Source of the DNA: Okamejei kenojei
Taxonomy: Eukaryota
Assembly: GCA_035221665.1 (NCBI GenBank)
Contig: CM069154.1
Span: 5,456,001-5,520,000, forward strand
Direction: 5' to 3'
DNA: 64,000 bases
Shown here: piece by piece, positions 39,193-52,081 of the stretch
Layout of the letters: every line of letters starts with the position of its first letter
Numbering within the stretch: the stretch's first letter is position 1
The notes under the pieces: model-generated
What the model saw: only the letters and a program-made list of their open reading frames with translations
Database searches by the model: none
What the model was told of the DNA's origin: nothing
Position numbers and translations under genes: made by a program

Positions 39193-39300
39193 GGAAATCA
39201 TGCCGAATGTTTGCTGTGTTTGGGGTGTGTTACGCTGGGTACTCTTTGGAATTCTGCTTCTCTTCCCGGTTTCCATCTGCTGTGTGACAACTTTTAAAAG
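39193..39300 (+). CDS. Gene 2, transmembrane exon
   Basis: gatttccag|G ... aaaag|gtaaaa, 108 bp. REIMPNVCCVWGVLRWVLFGILLLFPVSICCVTTFK. Confidence 0.85.
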
Positions 39301-39894
39301 GTAAAAGTTTGCAATCTCTTCACTCTGGTGTTCACATTAAATTCAATTGGAAATGATGGGAATTTACTTTAGAATTGTAGAGATAAAGTGTGGACATACA
39401 GTGCCCTCCATAATGTTTATGACAAAGACCCTTCATTTATTTATTTGGCTCTGTATTCCACAATTTGAGATTTGTAATAGAAAAAATGACATGTGGTTAA
39501 AGTGCACGTTGTCAGATTTTATTAAAGGGTATTTTTATACATTTGGGTTTCACCATGTAGAAATGACAGCTGTGTTTATACAGAGTCCCCCCATTTCAGG
39601 CCACCATAATGTTTGGGACGCATGGCTTCACAGGTTTTTGTAATTGCTCAGGTGTGTTTAATTGCCTCCTTAATGCAGGTAATAGAAATCTCTCAGCACC
39701 TAGTCTTTCCTGCAATCTTTCCATCACCTTTGTAAACATTTATTGCTGTTAATCAACATGAGGACCAAAGTTGTGCCAATGAAAGTCAAAGAAGCCATTT
39801 ATGAGGCTGAGAAACAAGACAAAACTGTTAGAAACATCAGCCAAAGATGAGGCTATCCGAAATCAACTGTTTGAAACATCATTAAGAAGAAAGA

Positions 39895-42738
39895 TGTGCT
39901 TTATTGATGCTTCCAAAGCCATTGACCGTGTTAATCACAGAAAGCTGTTTGGTAAAATGCGTCAATGAGGGGTGCCTAAATACATTGTGAGAATACTGGC
40001 CTACTGGTATGCCCACCAGACTATGCAAATAAAATGGGGCAATAGTCTCAGCCCCATTTGGGGATAGCAATGGTGTTAGACAAGGGGGAATTTTATCCCC
40101 AGACCTTTTTAATCTATATATTGATGATCTGTCTAAACAATTGAAAGCCTGTAACACTGGGTGCGTGATTGGTAATATTTTAGTGAACCATATTATGTAT
40201 GCAGATGATCTTGTGGTCTTTAGTCCATCTAGCGCTGGTCTCCAGCAGCTCCTTACTGCATGTTCCGTGTATGGTTTGGAACATGACATTAAATATAATG
40301 CTAGTAAGAGTGCTGTTATGGTCTGTAGAACCAAAGACGATAAAAGCCTAAAATATCCTGATTTTAAATTGTCTGACAACAATCTTAGTGTCTGTAATAA
40401 GATAAAATATCTAGGGCATATTATTACAGAACAAATGACAGATGATGAGGATATTCCATAAAGTCAACACCCCCCCCCCCCCCCCCCCCCCAGACAATGC
40501 CTCCCTTCCTGACGAGCTAAACAATTTCTACGCCCGCTTTGACCGGGACAACAAAACTCCAGCCATCAAAGTTGCTCCACCCCCGCATGAACAACCCCTC
40601 AGTCTCTCCACCTCTGCTGTACAAGATGCACTGAGCAAGGTGAATGAGCACAAAGCTGCCGGCCCCGATGGCATCCCCGGGCGGGTGCTCAGGGCATGTG
40701 CTGGACAACTATCCCTGGTCCTCACTGACATTTTCAATCTGTCACTGGCCCAGGGTGTCGCCCCACTTGCCTCAAGACATCTACCATTGTGCCAGTGCCC
40801 AAACAATCAGCGACAGAGAGTCTCAACGATTTCCGGCCAGTGGCACTCACCCCTGTCATCACCAAGTGATTCGAGCGGCTGATCTTGGCTCACCTCAAAG
40901 CCAGCCTCCCCCCCACACTGGACCCCCATCAGTTTTGCCTACCGGACCAATAGGTCTACAGAGGACGCCATATCGGCGGCCCTTCACTCTGCCCTGACCC
41001 ACCTGGACAGCAATAACACCTACATCAGGCTGCTGTTCATTGACTTCAGCTCCGCCTTTAACACTGTCATACCCGCTAGCTTGATCACCAAACTCAGCGG
41101 TCTTGGCATCTCCACTTCCCTCTGCAATTGGACACTGGATTTCCCTCTGCAATTGGACACTGGATCAACAACAACTCACCTCCTCCACTATAACACTGAA
41201 CACTGGCGTGCCACAGGGCTGTGTGCTCAGTCCTCTCCTCTACTCTCTCTTCACCCATGACTGCATCCCTAAATATAGCTCCAACGCCATCATAAAATTT
41301 GCCGACGACACCACGGTGGTAGGACTGATCAGCGACAACGACGAGTCAGCCTACAGGGAGGAGGTCCAGCACCTGAAAACCTGGTATGCCAATAATAACC
41401 TCGTCCTCAACTCCCAGAACACGAAGGAAATCATTGTTGACTTTAGAAGGAACAGAGGGGGCAGACGCACCCCCATCCATATAAACGGGTCTGAGGTGGA
41501 GCGGGTCTCCAACTACAAATTCCTCGGGGTACACATCTCGGAGGATCTGTCCTGGTCCCTCAACACCTTCAAGCTGATCAAAAAGGCGCAGCAGCGCCTT
41601 TACTTCCTGAGGAGGCTCAAAAAAGCCCACCTGCTCCCCAGATCCTGACCAACTTTTACCGCTGTACCATTGAAAGCATCCTGACCACCTGCTTTACGGT
41701 ATGGTACAGCAGTTGCACCGTAGCAGACAGGAAGGCACTACAACGGGTGGTGAAAACCGCCCAGTACATCATCGGTGCCCCGCTCCCTGCCATGGATGCC
41801 CTCCACCGAAAACGGTGTCTGAGACGGGCTGGGAAGATCATCAAGGACCCCTCCCACCCTAACCATGGACTGTTTGCCCTTCTACCATCGGGGAGGCAGT
41901 ACAGGAGCCTCAGGTCCCGCACCAGCAGGATGAGGAGTAGCTTCTATAATAACACCATCGCACTGCTGAACTCGGAGTCCCGCCGATAGATTTCCACATC
42001 TGTATTTATTTATCTGTATTTATCTATATATTGCTATCACTTCGTACTGTCACTAAACTGCATTTCGTTGTACCCATACTTGTATCTGTGCAATGACATT
42101 AAAGTTGAATTGAATTGAACTGATATTTATAGGCAACGACGCATGCTGTATATACAGGCGAATATCCTCTTGCGTAAATTTGGTGCGTGTGCAGATGTGG
42201 TGAAGATGTCGATATTTAGAGCATACTGCACACCCCTCTACACTGCGCACCTGTGGTCGAACTATTTAAAGACAAGTATGCAGAGACTAAAGGTTGCATA
42301 TAACGATGCCATGAGAACACTGCTAAGGCAACCAAGATGGTGTAGTGCCAGTAATATGTTTGTGGCTGCAGGAGTCAGTACTCTAGAAGATATCCTAAGA
42401 CACCACATGTATAAATTAATTTGCAGGATAAATTACTCTAAAAATGTGCTTATGTGGCCTTGACAAACATAAGGGTTAGCAGTACACGCTACGAATCCCA
42501 GTTGTGGAGACACTGGTATCGTTGTCTCGTTGTACGACATTGATCATTTTTTACTCTGGATTTTTAACTTAAGTATTGTGGTGTTTTTTTTTAAATATAT
42601 AAATTATGATGTTTTTATGTGATTTACCATGATTTTATATATATTTATGATATTTGAGATGCAATGCATTTTTAATGTAATGTTGCCCCTTGTTTGGACC
42701 TTGAGTCCGTAATAAAGTTATTATTATTATTATTATTT
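39895..42738 (+). mobile_element. LINE (RTE-X-like, clade tentative) inserted in Tc1
   Basis: IDASKA, GVRQGGILSP and YADD; AATAAA plus a (TTA)n tail; TSD aaaga. Confidence 0.75.
40456..42121 (+). mobile_element. Rex1/Babar LINE nested in the RTE-X-like LINE
   Basis: AAGPDGIPG, QGCVLSP and FADD; (TTGAA)n tail; TSD gatatt at 40450 and 42122. Confidence 0.88.
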
Positions 42739-44231
42739 AAAGAGTGCTCTGGTGAGCTTACTAATTACAAAGGGACTGGCAGGCCAAGGAAGACCTCCAC
42801 AGCTGATGACAGAAGAATTCTCTCTATAATAAAGAAAAAAAAAACAAACACCCTGTCCGACAGATCAGAAACACTTTTCAGGAGTCAGGTGTGGATTTGT
42901 CAATGACCACTGTCCGCAGAAGACTTCATGAACAGAAATACAGAGGCAACACTGCAAGATGTAAACCACTGGTTAGGCACAAAAATAAGATGGCCAGGTT
43001 ACAGTTTGCCACAAAGTACTTAAAAGAGCAACCACAGTTCTGGAAAAAAGATCTGTGGACAGATGAGACGTAGATTAACTTATATCAGAGTAATGACAAG
43101 AACAATGTATGGAGAAGAGAAGGAACTGCCCAAGATCCAAAGCATACCACCTCATCTGTGAAACACGGTGGTGGGGGTGTTATGCCCTGGGCATGTATGG
43201 CTGCTGAAGGTACTGACTCACTTATCTTCATTGATGATACAACTGCTGATGGTGGTAGCATAATGAATTCTGAAGTGTATAGAAACATCCTATCTGCTCA
43301 AGTTCAAACAAATGCCTCAACACCCATAGGCTGGTAATTCATTCTACAGCAAGACAATGATTCCAAGCACATTGCAACAAAGGAAATTTCAAAGCTAAAA
43401 AATGGTCAATTCTTGAGTGGCCAAGTCATTCTGAACCCAACTGAGTATGCCTATTATATGCTGAAGAGAAAACTGAAGGGGATTAGCTCCCAAAACAAGC
43501 ATAAGCTAAAGATGGCTGCAATACAGGCCTGGCAGAGCATCATAAGAGGAGACACCCAGCAACTGGTGATGTCCATGAATCCCAAACTTCAAGCAGTTAT
43601 TGCATGTAAAGGATATGCAACAAAATAGTAAACATGACTACTTTCATTTAAATGACATTGCTGTGACCCAAACATTAAGGTGCCCTGAAATGGAGGGACT
43701 ATGGATAAACACTGCTGTAATTTCTACATGGTGAAACCAAAATGTATAAAAATGGCTTTTATTAAAATCTACCAATGTGCACTTTAACCACATGTGATTT
43801 TTTCTATTACAATTATCAAATTGTGGAGTACAGAGGCAAATAAAATAAATGATGGGTCTTTATCCCAAACATTATGGAGGGCACTGTAGGCCCTACAGCC
43901 AACCAAGTCCGCGCCGACCAATGATCACCCCGTACACTCGCACTATCATACACACGGAGGACAATTTACGATTATACAGAGGCCAATTAACCCACAAAGC
44001 TACACGTCTTTGGATTGTGGGAGGAAACCGGAGCACCCGGAGAAAACCCACGCTGTCACAGGCAGAACATACAAACTCCGTACAGACAGCACCGGTAGTC
44101 ATGATCAAACCCGGGTCTCTGGCGTTGTAAGGCAGCAACTCTACCGCTGCGCCACTGTGCCGCCCTGGGCCATTTCCTCGGGTAAAATTTGATGGTAGAG
44201 ATTATAAACTGTGTTTTAATTGTTATTCAAG

Positions 44232-44475
44232 GAAAAAAACAGCCAAGACCTTGGAGATGGGGTCGGCAGTGGTGGAGGGAGGAGAGGAACGCGAGTGGGC
44301 TGCTGGAGACCCTGCAGCAGCTGGTGGATCGGGTGCCGCTGGAGGTCCCACAGTGATCGGGGACGAGCGCGCGGATCGGACACGGCCTGCAGCGGCACGG
44401 AGCGGCGGTGGAGGCACCGACAACATCGCCAGACCAGGCCGACGCCTGCAACTCCCACCAGTGCCGTCTCCATGA
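44232..44475 (+). CDS. Gene 2, candidate terminal cytoplasmic exon
   Basis: gttttaattgttattcaag|G is phase-2 compatible and reads RKKTAKTLEMGSAVVEGG...LQLPPVPSP* (same frame as ORF 44251). It would put a basic cluster right after the TM. AATAAA lies near 44693. It could instead be a GC-rich repeat fragment. Confidence 0.35.
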
Positions 44476-47400
44476 CAACGGGCCTTTAAGCCCAAAATAA
44501 GACAATAGCTTTTTACCAATTTGATCTTTAAGAATATATGATACCGCCAGAAATGTGGCAACTCTTGTGTACTGTATCATATAATCTGCTATTAATACAC
44601 TCTTGTCCTTAGCTTCAGCTGTGCTTATATAAAGTAAGATATTTACTGAATTCTGTGCAAAAGAAATTTCACTGTACCCATGTGCATGAGACAATAAAGT
44701 ACCATTGAACCATTGAGCAATGGGGATATAAAAACGGTTAAATGATTACAAGTATTGAATTGTGGACACACGTTAGAAGAATAGCGAAGTGGACTCGATG
44801 TAGCAAATGGCTAACATCTGTACCTATGTTTGCAGACACGTCTGTACATCCTGACATTCGCCCAAAAGACAGCAGTACATAGACTAGAACTCAAAGCTGG
44901 CTCTCCAGAACTTTTAACTTTACTACCAATTGAATTGCTGTGTAAAACCCTGCATATTGAATAATGATTAAAATAATCCAATGTAATAAAAGATGGCTGA
45001 AATTTTGTCATAAGACCATAAGTGATAAGAGTAGAATTAGTTTGGTTTAGAGATACTGCATGGAAACAGGCCCATTGGCCCACCGAGTCCACGCCGACCA
45101 TTGATCACCTGTACACACTGTGTTTAAGATGGAACTGCAGATGCTGGAAAAGCGAAGGTAGATAAAAACCCTGAGTTTCTCAAGCATTTTTGTCTACCTG
45201 TACACACTAGTTCTGTTATCCCACTTTCTCATCCATTCCCTGCACATTTGCGACAATCTTGCAGAGGTATTTAACCTACAAACTCGCATGTATTAGGGAT
45301 GTGGGAGGAAGCCGGAGCAGCTGGAGGAAACCCACGAGGTCACAGTGAGAACGTTCAAACTCCACACAGACAGCACCCGTAGTCAGGATCGAACCCGGGT
45401 CTCTGGCGCTGTGAGGCAGCAGCTAACCGCTGCACCACCGTGCCACACTGAAGAGAGAGAGCAGGCTGGAGAGAGCAGACAGCAGAGCAGCAGGCCAGTT
45501 AAATGCCTCATCAGAGTGACAGCACCTCCAGCAACTTTAGACACAGCGCTTAGGATAAAACAGAATCAAGGGATATGGGGAGAAAGCAAGAACTGGATAC
45601 TGATTTAGGTTGATCAGTCAAGATCATATTGCATGGCGGTGCTGGTTCGAAGGGCGGAATGGCCTGCACCTGCGCCTATTTTCTATGCTTCTATGTTTCC
45701 AATGCGGAGCTCCCTCAGTACAACTCTCCCTCTGTGCTCGGCGTTCTGGAGTGGGAACTGAACCAACATCTCTCTAACTCACCCACTGAGCTTGCACTGC
45801 AGAACCCAACACTGGGCCTTGGTGTGGCTCGGTTAGCGTGGTAAAGTCACACAGGACTCCTGCTAGAAACAGCGTGGGAAATGCTGAACCTAGACCACAG
45901 GTCACACATAGAAGAAGCATGTGAAACCCAACCGCTTCTGAAATGAGGAAGCACCACGATGACTTGTCATGTTTGCATTCAAGGAATCTGTGGCAACCTC
46001 TTTAGTTTAACCTATTATAGTCACGTGTACTGAGGTGGAGTGAAAAGCTTTTCTGCTCTACGCGATCCAGTCAGCGAAAACACTGTACACGATTACAATC
46101 AAGCCATCCACAGGGTACCGGTACGGGATAAAGGGAATAATGTTCAGTGCAAGATACAGTCTAGTAAAATCCGATTAAAGATAGTTCCAAGGTCTCGAAT
46201 GGGGAAGTTGGGAGGTCAGGACCACTCTGAAGGGTCCCATCCTGAAATGGTACCCATCCTCCAGAGAAGCTGCTTGACCCGCTGAGATGCTCCAGCACTT
46301 TGTGCCTATCTTTGGTATAAACCAGCATTTGCAGTTCCTTGTTTCTACATTTCCGCCCTTGCAGTCTTGTGTGCATCTAATTTGGACACAACAAGCTCCC
46401 TTTAAAAAACAACAACTATCCTACAGATTACTTTGGTGTCCTTGGTTGATGGGATACCTCTTGCCCCAGAACAAGGAGATCCTCCACTATTCTGGTGCGA
46501 ACCATTATGAAATGCTCTGTTCTTTAGAATTATTTACTTAGCGCCTTGAATTATGTTTAGCCACAGAGCAGACAGCAGATCAGCGAAATGCCTCGGCAAA
46601 GTGACTTCACCTCCAGCCGTGGCGAGCTCCCTCAGTACCGCACTCCCTCAGTCCTCGGGCTTCAGGAGTGGGAGTTGAACCAACAACTCACTGACTCCGT
46701 TTCTTGTTTGAATTTCAAAATATACTTTATTCGAGGAATAAATATATACAATACATGATCCTAACAAAACTCCATCCGACGTTCTCGGAGGCGAAACATA
46801 CATTCAATACTGTTTACACAAATTACACAAATTTACCCCACACCTCGCCACTCATGTGGACCACTGGCGTGGAATTCCTTCCCTTATTTAGAGGGGCATC
46901 TCCACCACACCCTGCCACAGACTGACCTTTCGCTGGATGTCTACGCTGGCCCTTGGTGTGGCTCAGTTAGCCTGGGAAAGTCACCCAAGACACCCTCGAG
47001 AGAGAGGGTGATGAATCTGTGCACTAACCTCAGAATAAAAGGACATACTTTGAGAAAGGAGATGAGATTGAATTTCCTTAGTCAGAAGGTGGTGAATCAA
47101 GTGGAAATCATTGCGACAGAGGGATGTGGAGGCAAAGTCAATGGATATTTTTAAGGTGGAGATAGATTCTTGATTAGTATCGGTGTCAGGGGTTATGGGG
47201 AGAAGGCAGGAGAATAGGGTCGAGAGGGAAAGTTAGATCAGCCATGATTGAATGAATGGCGGAGTGGACTTGATGGGCCGAATGTCCTAATTCAGCTCTT
47301 ATAACTTATGAACATGACCTGGATTGATCTGATCATCTATCTCCACACAGAGGCTCCTTGATCGTCAGTGGGGAGGGTGTGCTGTCTGTCATATACCAAT

Positions 47401-50400
47401 GTAGGACATAGTGGCAGGGTGAGGGGTGACCTCTGGAACTCAGCTCCAAACTTTTTATTTATCAGAGTAGCTGCCTCAAAAAGGCACCAATGTTTGCAGA
47501 CTAGAACTCAAAGCTGGCTCTCCAGAATGTGAACTTTTAACTTTATTACCTATTGGATTGCCGTGTAAAACGCTGCACATTGAATAATGATGAAAGTAAT
47601 CCAACATAAAATGAAGATGGCTGAATTTTTGTCATAAGGTCATAGGTGATAGGTGTCGAATTAAGCCAATCGGCCCTTCATGTCTACTCCGCCATTCAAT
47701 CATGGCTGATCCATCTCTCCCTCCTAACCCAATTTTTCGGCCTCTCCCCAGAACCTCTGACACCTGTACTAATTAAGTCCATCTATCTCTGCCTTAAAAA
47801 TATCCACAGACATTCTCTGGATACTTTCAAGAGAGAGCTAGATAGGGCTCTTAAAGATAGCGGAGTCAGGGGATCTGGGGAGAAGGCAGGAACGGGGTAC
47901 TGATTGGGGATGATCAGCCATGATCACATTGAATGACGGTGCTGGCTCAAAGGGCCGAATGGCCTACTCCTGCACCTGTTGTCTAATCTCTATTGAATTC
48001 CCCAGATTCATCACCCTCTGACTAAAGGTTTTTTGAGCAATTATTTGCAATAATGCAACAATAACTTGCATTTCAACAGTGCCTTATCTGTATCTCCACA
48101 CAGAGGCTCCTTGTTCGTCAATGGGGAGGGTGTGCTGCCTGTCCTGTACCACTGTAGGACATAGTGGCAGGGTGAGGGGGGTGACCTCTGGAACTCAGCT
48201 CCAAACTTTTTATTTATCGGAGTCACTACCTCAAAAAGGCACCAATGTTTGCAGACACTTCTGTACCATCCTGACATTCACCCAAAAGACAGCAGTACAT
48301 AGATTAGAACTGAAAGCTGGCTCTCCAGAATGTGAACGTTTAACTTTATTACCAATTAAATTGCCGTGTAAAAAGGTCATAGATGATAGGTGTAGAATTA
48401 GGCCATTCGGCCCATCAAGTCCACTCCGGGGCGAATGGCCTACTATTGCACCTATTGTCTATTCTCTTATTGAATTCCCCAGATTCATCACCCTCTGACT
48501 AAAGATTTATTGAGCAATTATTTGCAATAATACAACGCATCTTGCATTTCAACAGTGCCTTAAAGGTGATGGAAAAGTCTCAAGGTTCTTCACAGCACCA
48601 TTGTCAGTTAGAATTTGGCATGGAATCACATGCTGGTTAGAGATAAAGCATGGAAACAGACCGTTCGGCCCACCGAGTCCACGCTGACCATCGATCACCC
48701 GTTCACACTAGTCCCACATTACACCACTTTTGCATGCACTCCCTACACATTGAGTGCAATTCGACAAGAGGGGCCAATTAACCTACAGAGCCACACGTCT
48801 TTGGGATGTGGGAGGAAGCCGGAGCACCCAGAGGAGACCCACACGGTCACAGGGAGAACGTGCAAACTCCACACTGATAGCGCCGGAAGTCAGAATCGAA
48901 CCTGGGTCTCTGGGGGTGGTTGCAGTTCCACCTACATCAAACCCAACCCCACAAAATATCACCCAGAACAAGCCTCTCCATCACCAGTGTAGCAGTGTGA
49001 CAACACAATGCTAGCAACTCACTTCAAGATAGGTTGAGAAACAGGAAGACACAAGGAAGTACAGATGCAGTAATATATGATAGTCCGCTCGGGTAGATTG
49101 CAACCCAATGGCGGGGAACATTGAATTTTCTAGTTTTAAGTAACTAACCCACAACAATCCTTTCCCCTAACCTCCGTCCCTTTCCACATATATATATCCT
49201 TTCTTCCAGCTTCACATTTCATGCCTTTTACTCTCCATATCTCACAGCCTTTTATCTTCTTTCCATCTCTGGCATCATCCACCCATCAGCCAATAACCCT
49301 TCTCTCCCTCACCTGCATCCAACTATCACTTGCCAGGCTTCATCCTTCCCCCACCTCTCTCCCAGCTTTCCCCCCCTACTACAATCAGCCTGAACAAGGG
49401 TCCCAACCCAAAACGTCACCTATCCATGTTCTCTGCAGATACTACCTGGCCCATTGAGTTACTCCATATGTCTGTTTTTGAGAAATAGGAAGTTATGAAG
49501 TTGATAAGAAGATTTGAACACCAGTGTAAATATTTTGAAACCAAATCATTGGCTCTAGGGGTTAGGGTTGTTATGACTATGCAGGGTGGGTTATCAGATC
49601 TGTGAGGTGTCTAGAACTATGGTCAAGTCCAAATCCACCCACATGTCACAGTGCCAGGGTGAAGGGTGAGTGGGGCAGAGCAGGGCGGGGCACTGGCACC
49701 AGAGTTAAACTCATAGTCATACAGCACAGAAACAGGCCCTTCTTCCCAACTTGACCATGCTGACCAAATTGCTTACCTACACTAGTTTAGTAGACAGATA
49801 AAGCGTGGAAACTGGCCCTTCGGCCCACATAGTCCGCAACGAACAGCAATCCCCACGCATTAACACTACCCTGCACGCACTAGGGACTATTTACACTTAT
49901 ACCAAGCCAACTAACCTACCAGCTTATACGATTTTGGAGTGTGCGAGGAAACTGAAGACCTTGGAGAAAACCCAGGCGGTCACGGGGAGAACGTACAAAC
50001 TCCATACAGACAGCACCCGTAGTCGGGATCAAACCCGACTGTAAACGCAGTAAGGCAGCAGCTCTACCACTGCGCCACAGTGCCGCCCTAGTCCACTTGT
50101 CCCACTTGCCCGCGTTTGACCCATCTCCTCTTTGTTCTGCCATATATTGGTAAACATCCAGTTTTCAACCTCAGTCAGGAAGTAGTGTCTCGGCCGGAAT
50201 ACAAACATGCACTTTTTGCCTCCACAGATGCTGCTTTGACCCGTTGAGTTTTTCAGGTGTTCTGCTATTGTTCCAGATTCTAGTATATGCAATCTCCTTT
50301 GTCTTCTCCCTCACACAACCCTAATCCTACCTCAACAATGTTATCTCACAGAAGCTGATGGGTACATGGAAGGAGCACGTCCAGAGGAGGTAGTGGGGAC

Positions 50401-51983
50401 GGGTACTATTAACAACATTTAAAAGCATTAGGACATGGTACGTGGATAGGAAAGGTTTGTAGGGACAGGGGTCAAATGCAGGCCTGGTTTTTATGGTGGC
50501 GCAGCTGTAGAGTTGCTGCCTTACATTGCATAACAGCGGCAGATACCCGGGTTCAATCCCGGCTTCAGGTGCTTGTCTGTACATAGTCTGTACTTTCTCC
50601 CAGTGACCTGCGTGGGTTTTCTCCGAGAACTTCAGTTTCCTCCCACACTCCAAAGATGTACAGGTTTGTAGGTTAATTGGGTTGGTGTAAATGTAAACAT
50701 TTGTGTTGCTGTGCGGGGATCACTGGATGGTGCGGACACGGTGGGCCAGAGGGCCTGTTTCCGCACTGTATCTCTAAACGAAACTAAACGAAAGAGGGAC
50801 TAGCGTACATGGGACATCTTCATCGGCATTGGCAAGCTGTTTCCGTGCTGTATCACTCGATGATTTTATGAATCACATCCTCAAACTAAGCTTTACCCGG
50901 TCTCCCATGCTCAAATATTTGAATTGTCCTTCAAGGAGATTATCTGGTGACATGTTGACTTTTCTGATCGCATTTGACAATAGACAATAGACAATAGGTG
51001 TAGGGATAGGCCATTCAGCCCTTCGAGCCAGCATCACCATTCAATGTGATCATGGCAGATCATCCACAATTACCCCATTCCTGCCTTATCCCCATATCCC
51101 CTGACTCTGCTATCTTTTTTTTATTAAAATGTCTTTATTAGAAGTAATGTACATTACAATGATATAAGCCAAAAATAAACATAATACATTTCCTGTACCA
51201 CTTCTTATTTTATATTTTAAGAAGAAGAAGAATAAGAAGAATAGAGAGAGTTAGATAGGATAGTAAGTGCGTGAGAGAGTCATCTGGAAGAGCCCGCTAT
51301 CTTTAAGAGCCTATCTAGCTCTCTCTTGAAAGTATCCAGAGAACCGACTTCCACCGCTTTCTGAGGCAGAGAATTCCACAGACTAACAACTCTCTGTGAG
51401 AAAAATGTTTCTCATTTCCGTTCCGTTGGTGCCTATTTCTCCGGGTAACGTTTCAAAACATGAGAAGCTGAGGAAGGCTGGGACAAATTAGTGATACGCA
51501 TTTTGAGGTGGGCAAATAGTTCACAAGTTCACACGTTCCAGGAGTAGAATATGGCCATTCGGCCCATCGAGTCTCCTCCGCCATTCAAGCATGGCTGATC
51601 TCTGCCTCCTAATCCCATACATGTTCAGACACAGTGTGCCCGCATTTGAGGGAGGGGGTTGAGGTGGTGGGCAAGGGAATGTTTGCGGTGGTGGACAGAG
51701 TGCTGCAAAGCGGGCAAACGTCACCAGGATGAAGCAGAGCTTTGAGGAGATACTCCAATCCAGGCAACAGGAGAGCATTGCAGCCCCCTGATAGGTGCAT
51801 TGTCCGTGGTGAGGAGGCTGGGGGATAGGGCGTGGCAAGTGAGTCACCAACTTAGTCTCGAACCACTGCAAAGTCATTTCTGAGCAAACGGGAATTGACT
51901 GTTTGACTTCTGTTGTGAATGAGGAAAGGAGGACAACTCTCAAAGCAGTGCAGGGTCCAAACCGATCCAACGCGAGCCAAGAC

Positions 51984-52081
51984 ATGGCGGTGGGACAGGG
52001 AGAATTCACCCACCAGAAACGGCCCAGATCCAGGGGAACAGTCGCTCTGTTGGTTCTTGTCGCTGTTGGTCTTCACATCAG
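51984..52081 (+). CDS. Gene 3, signal-peptide exon (indels near donor, possibly sequence error)
   Basis: MAVGQGEFTHQKRPRSRGTVALLVLVAVGL, near-identical to 22932-23028. There are extra T's at ggtcttcacatcaggttttaaatc versus ggtctcacaccaggtaaatc. Confidence 0.65.

Larger units (their letters stand above)
18330..43020 (+). repeat. Segmental duplication copy 2 (upstream region plus gene body)
   Basis: 18330-27370 aligns with 48470-62130, and 23795-43020 aligns with 1-13612. Confidence 0.92.
39399..43886 (+). mobile_element. Complete-ended Tc1 transposon (IR/DR type), degenerate, with nested LINEs
   Basis: TA TSD; about 215-bp TIRs cagtgccctccataatgttt...aaacattatggagggcactg with an internal direct repeat; DDE motifs WTDET, QQDND and LNPTE. 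Confidence 0.92.
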
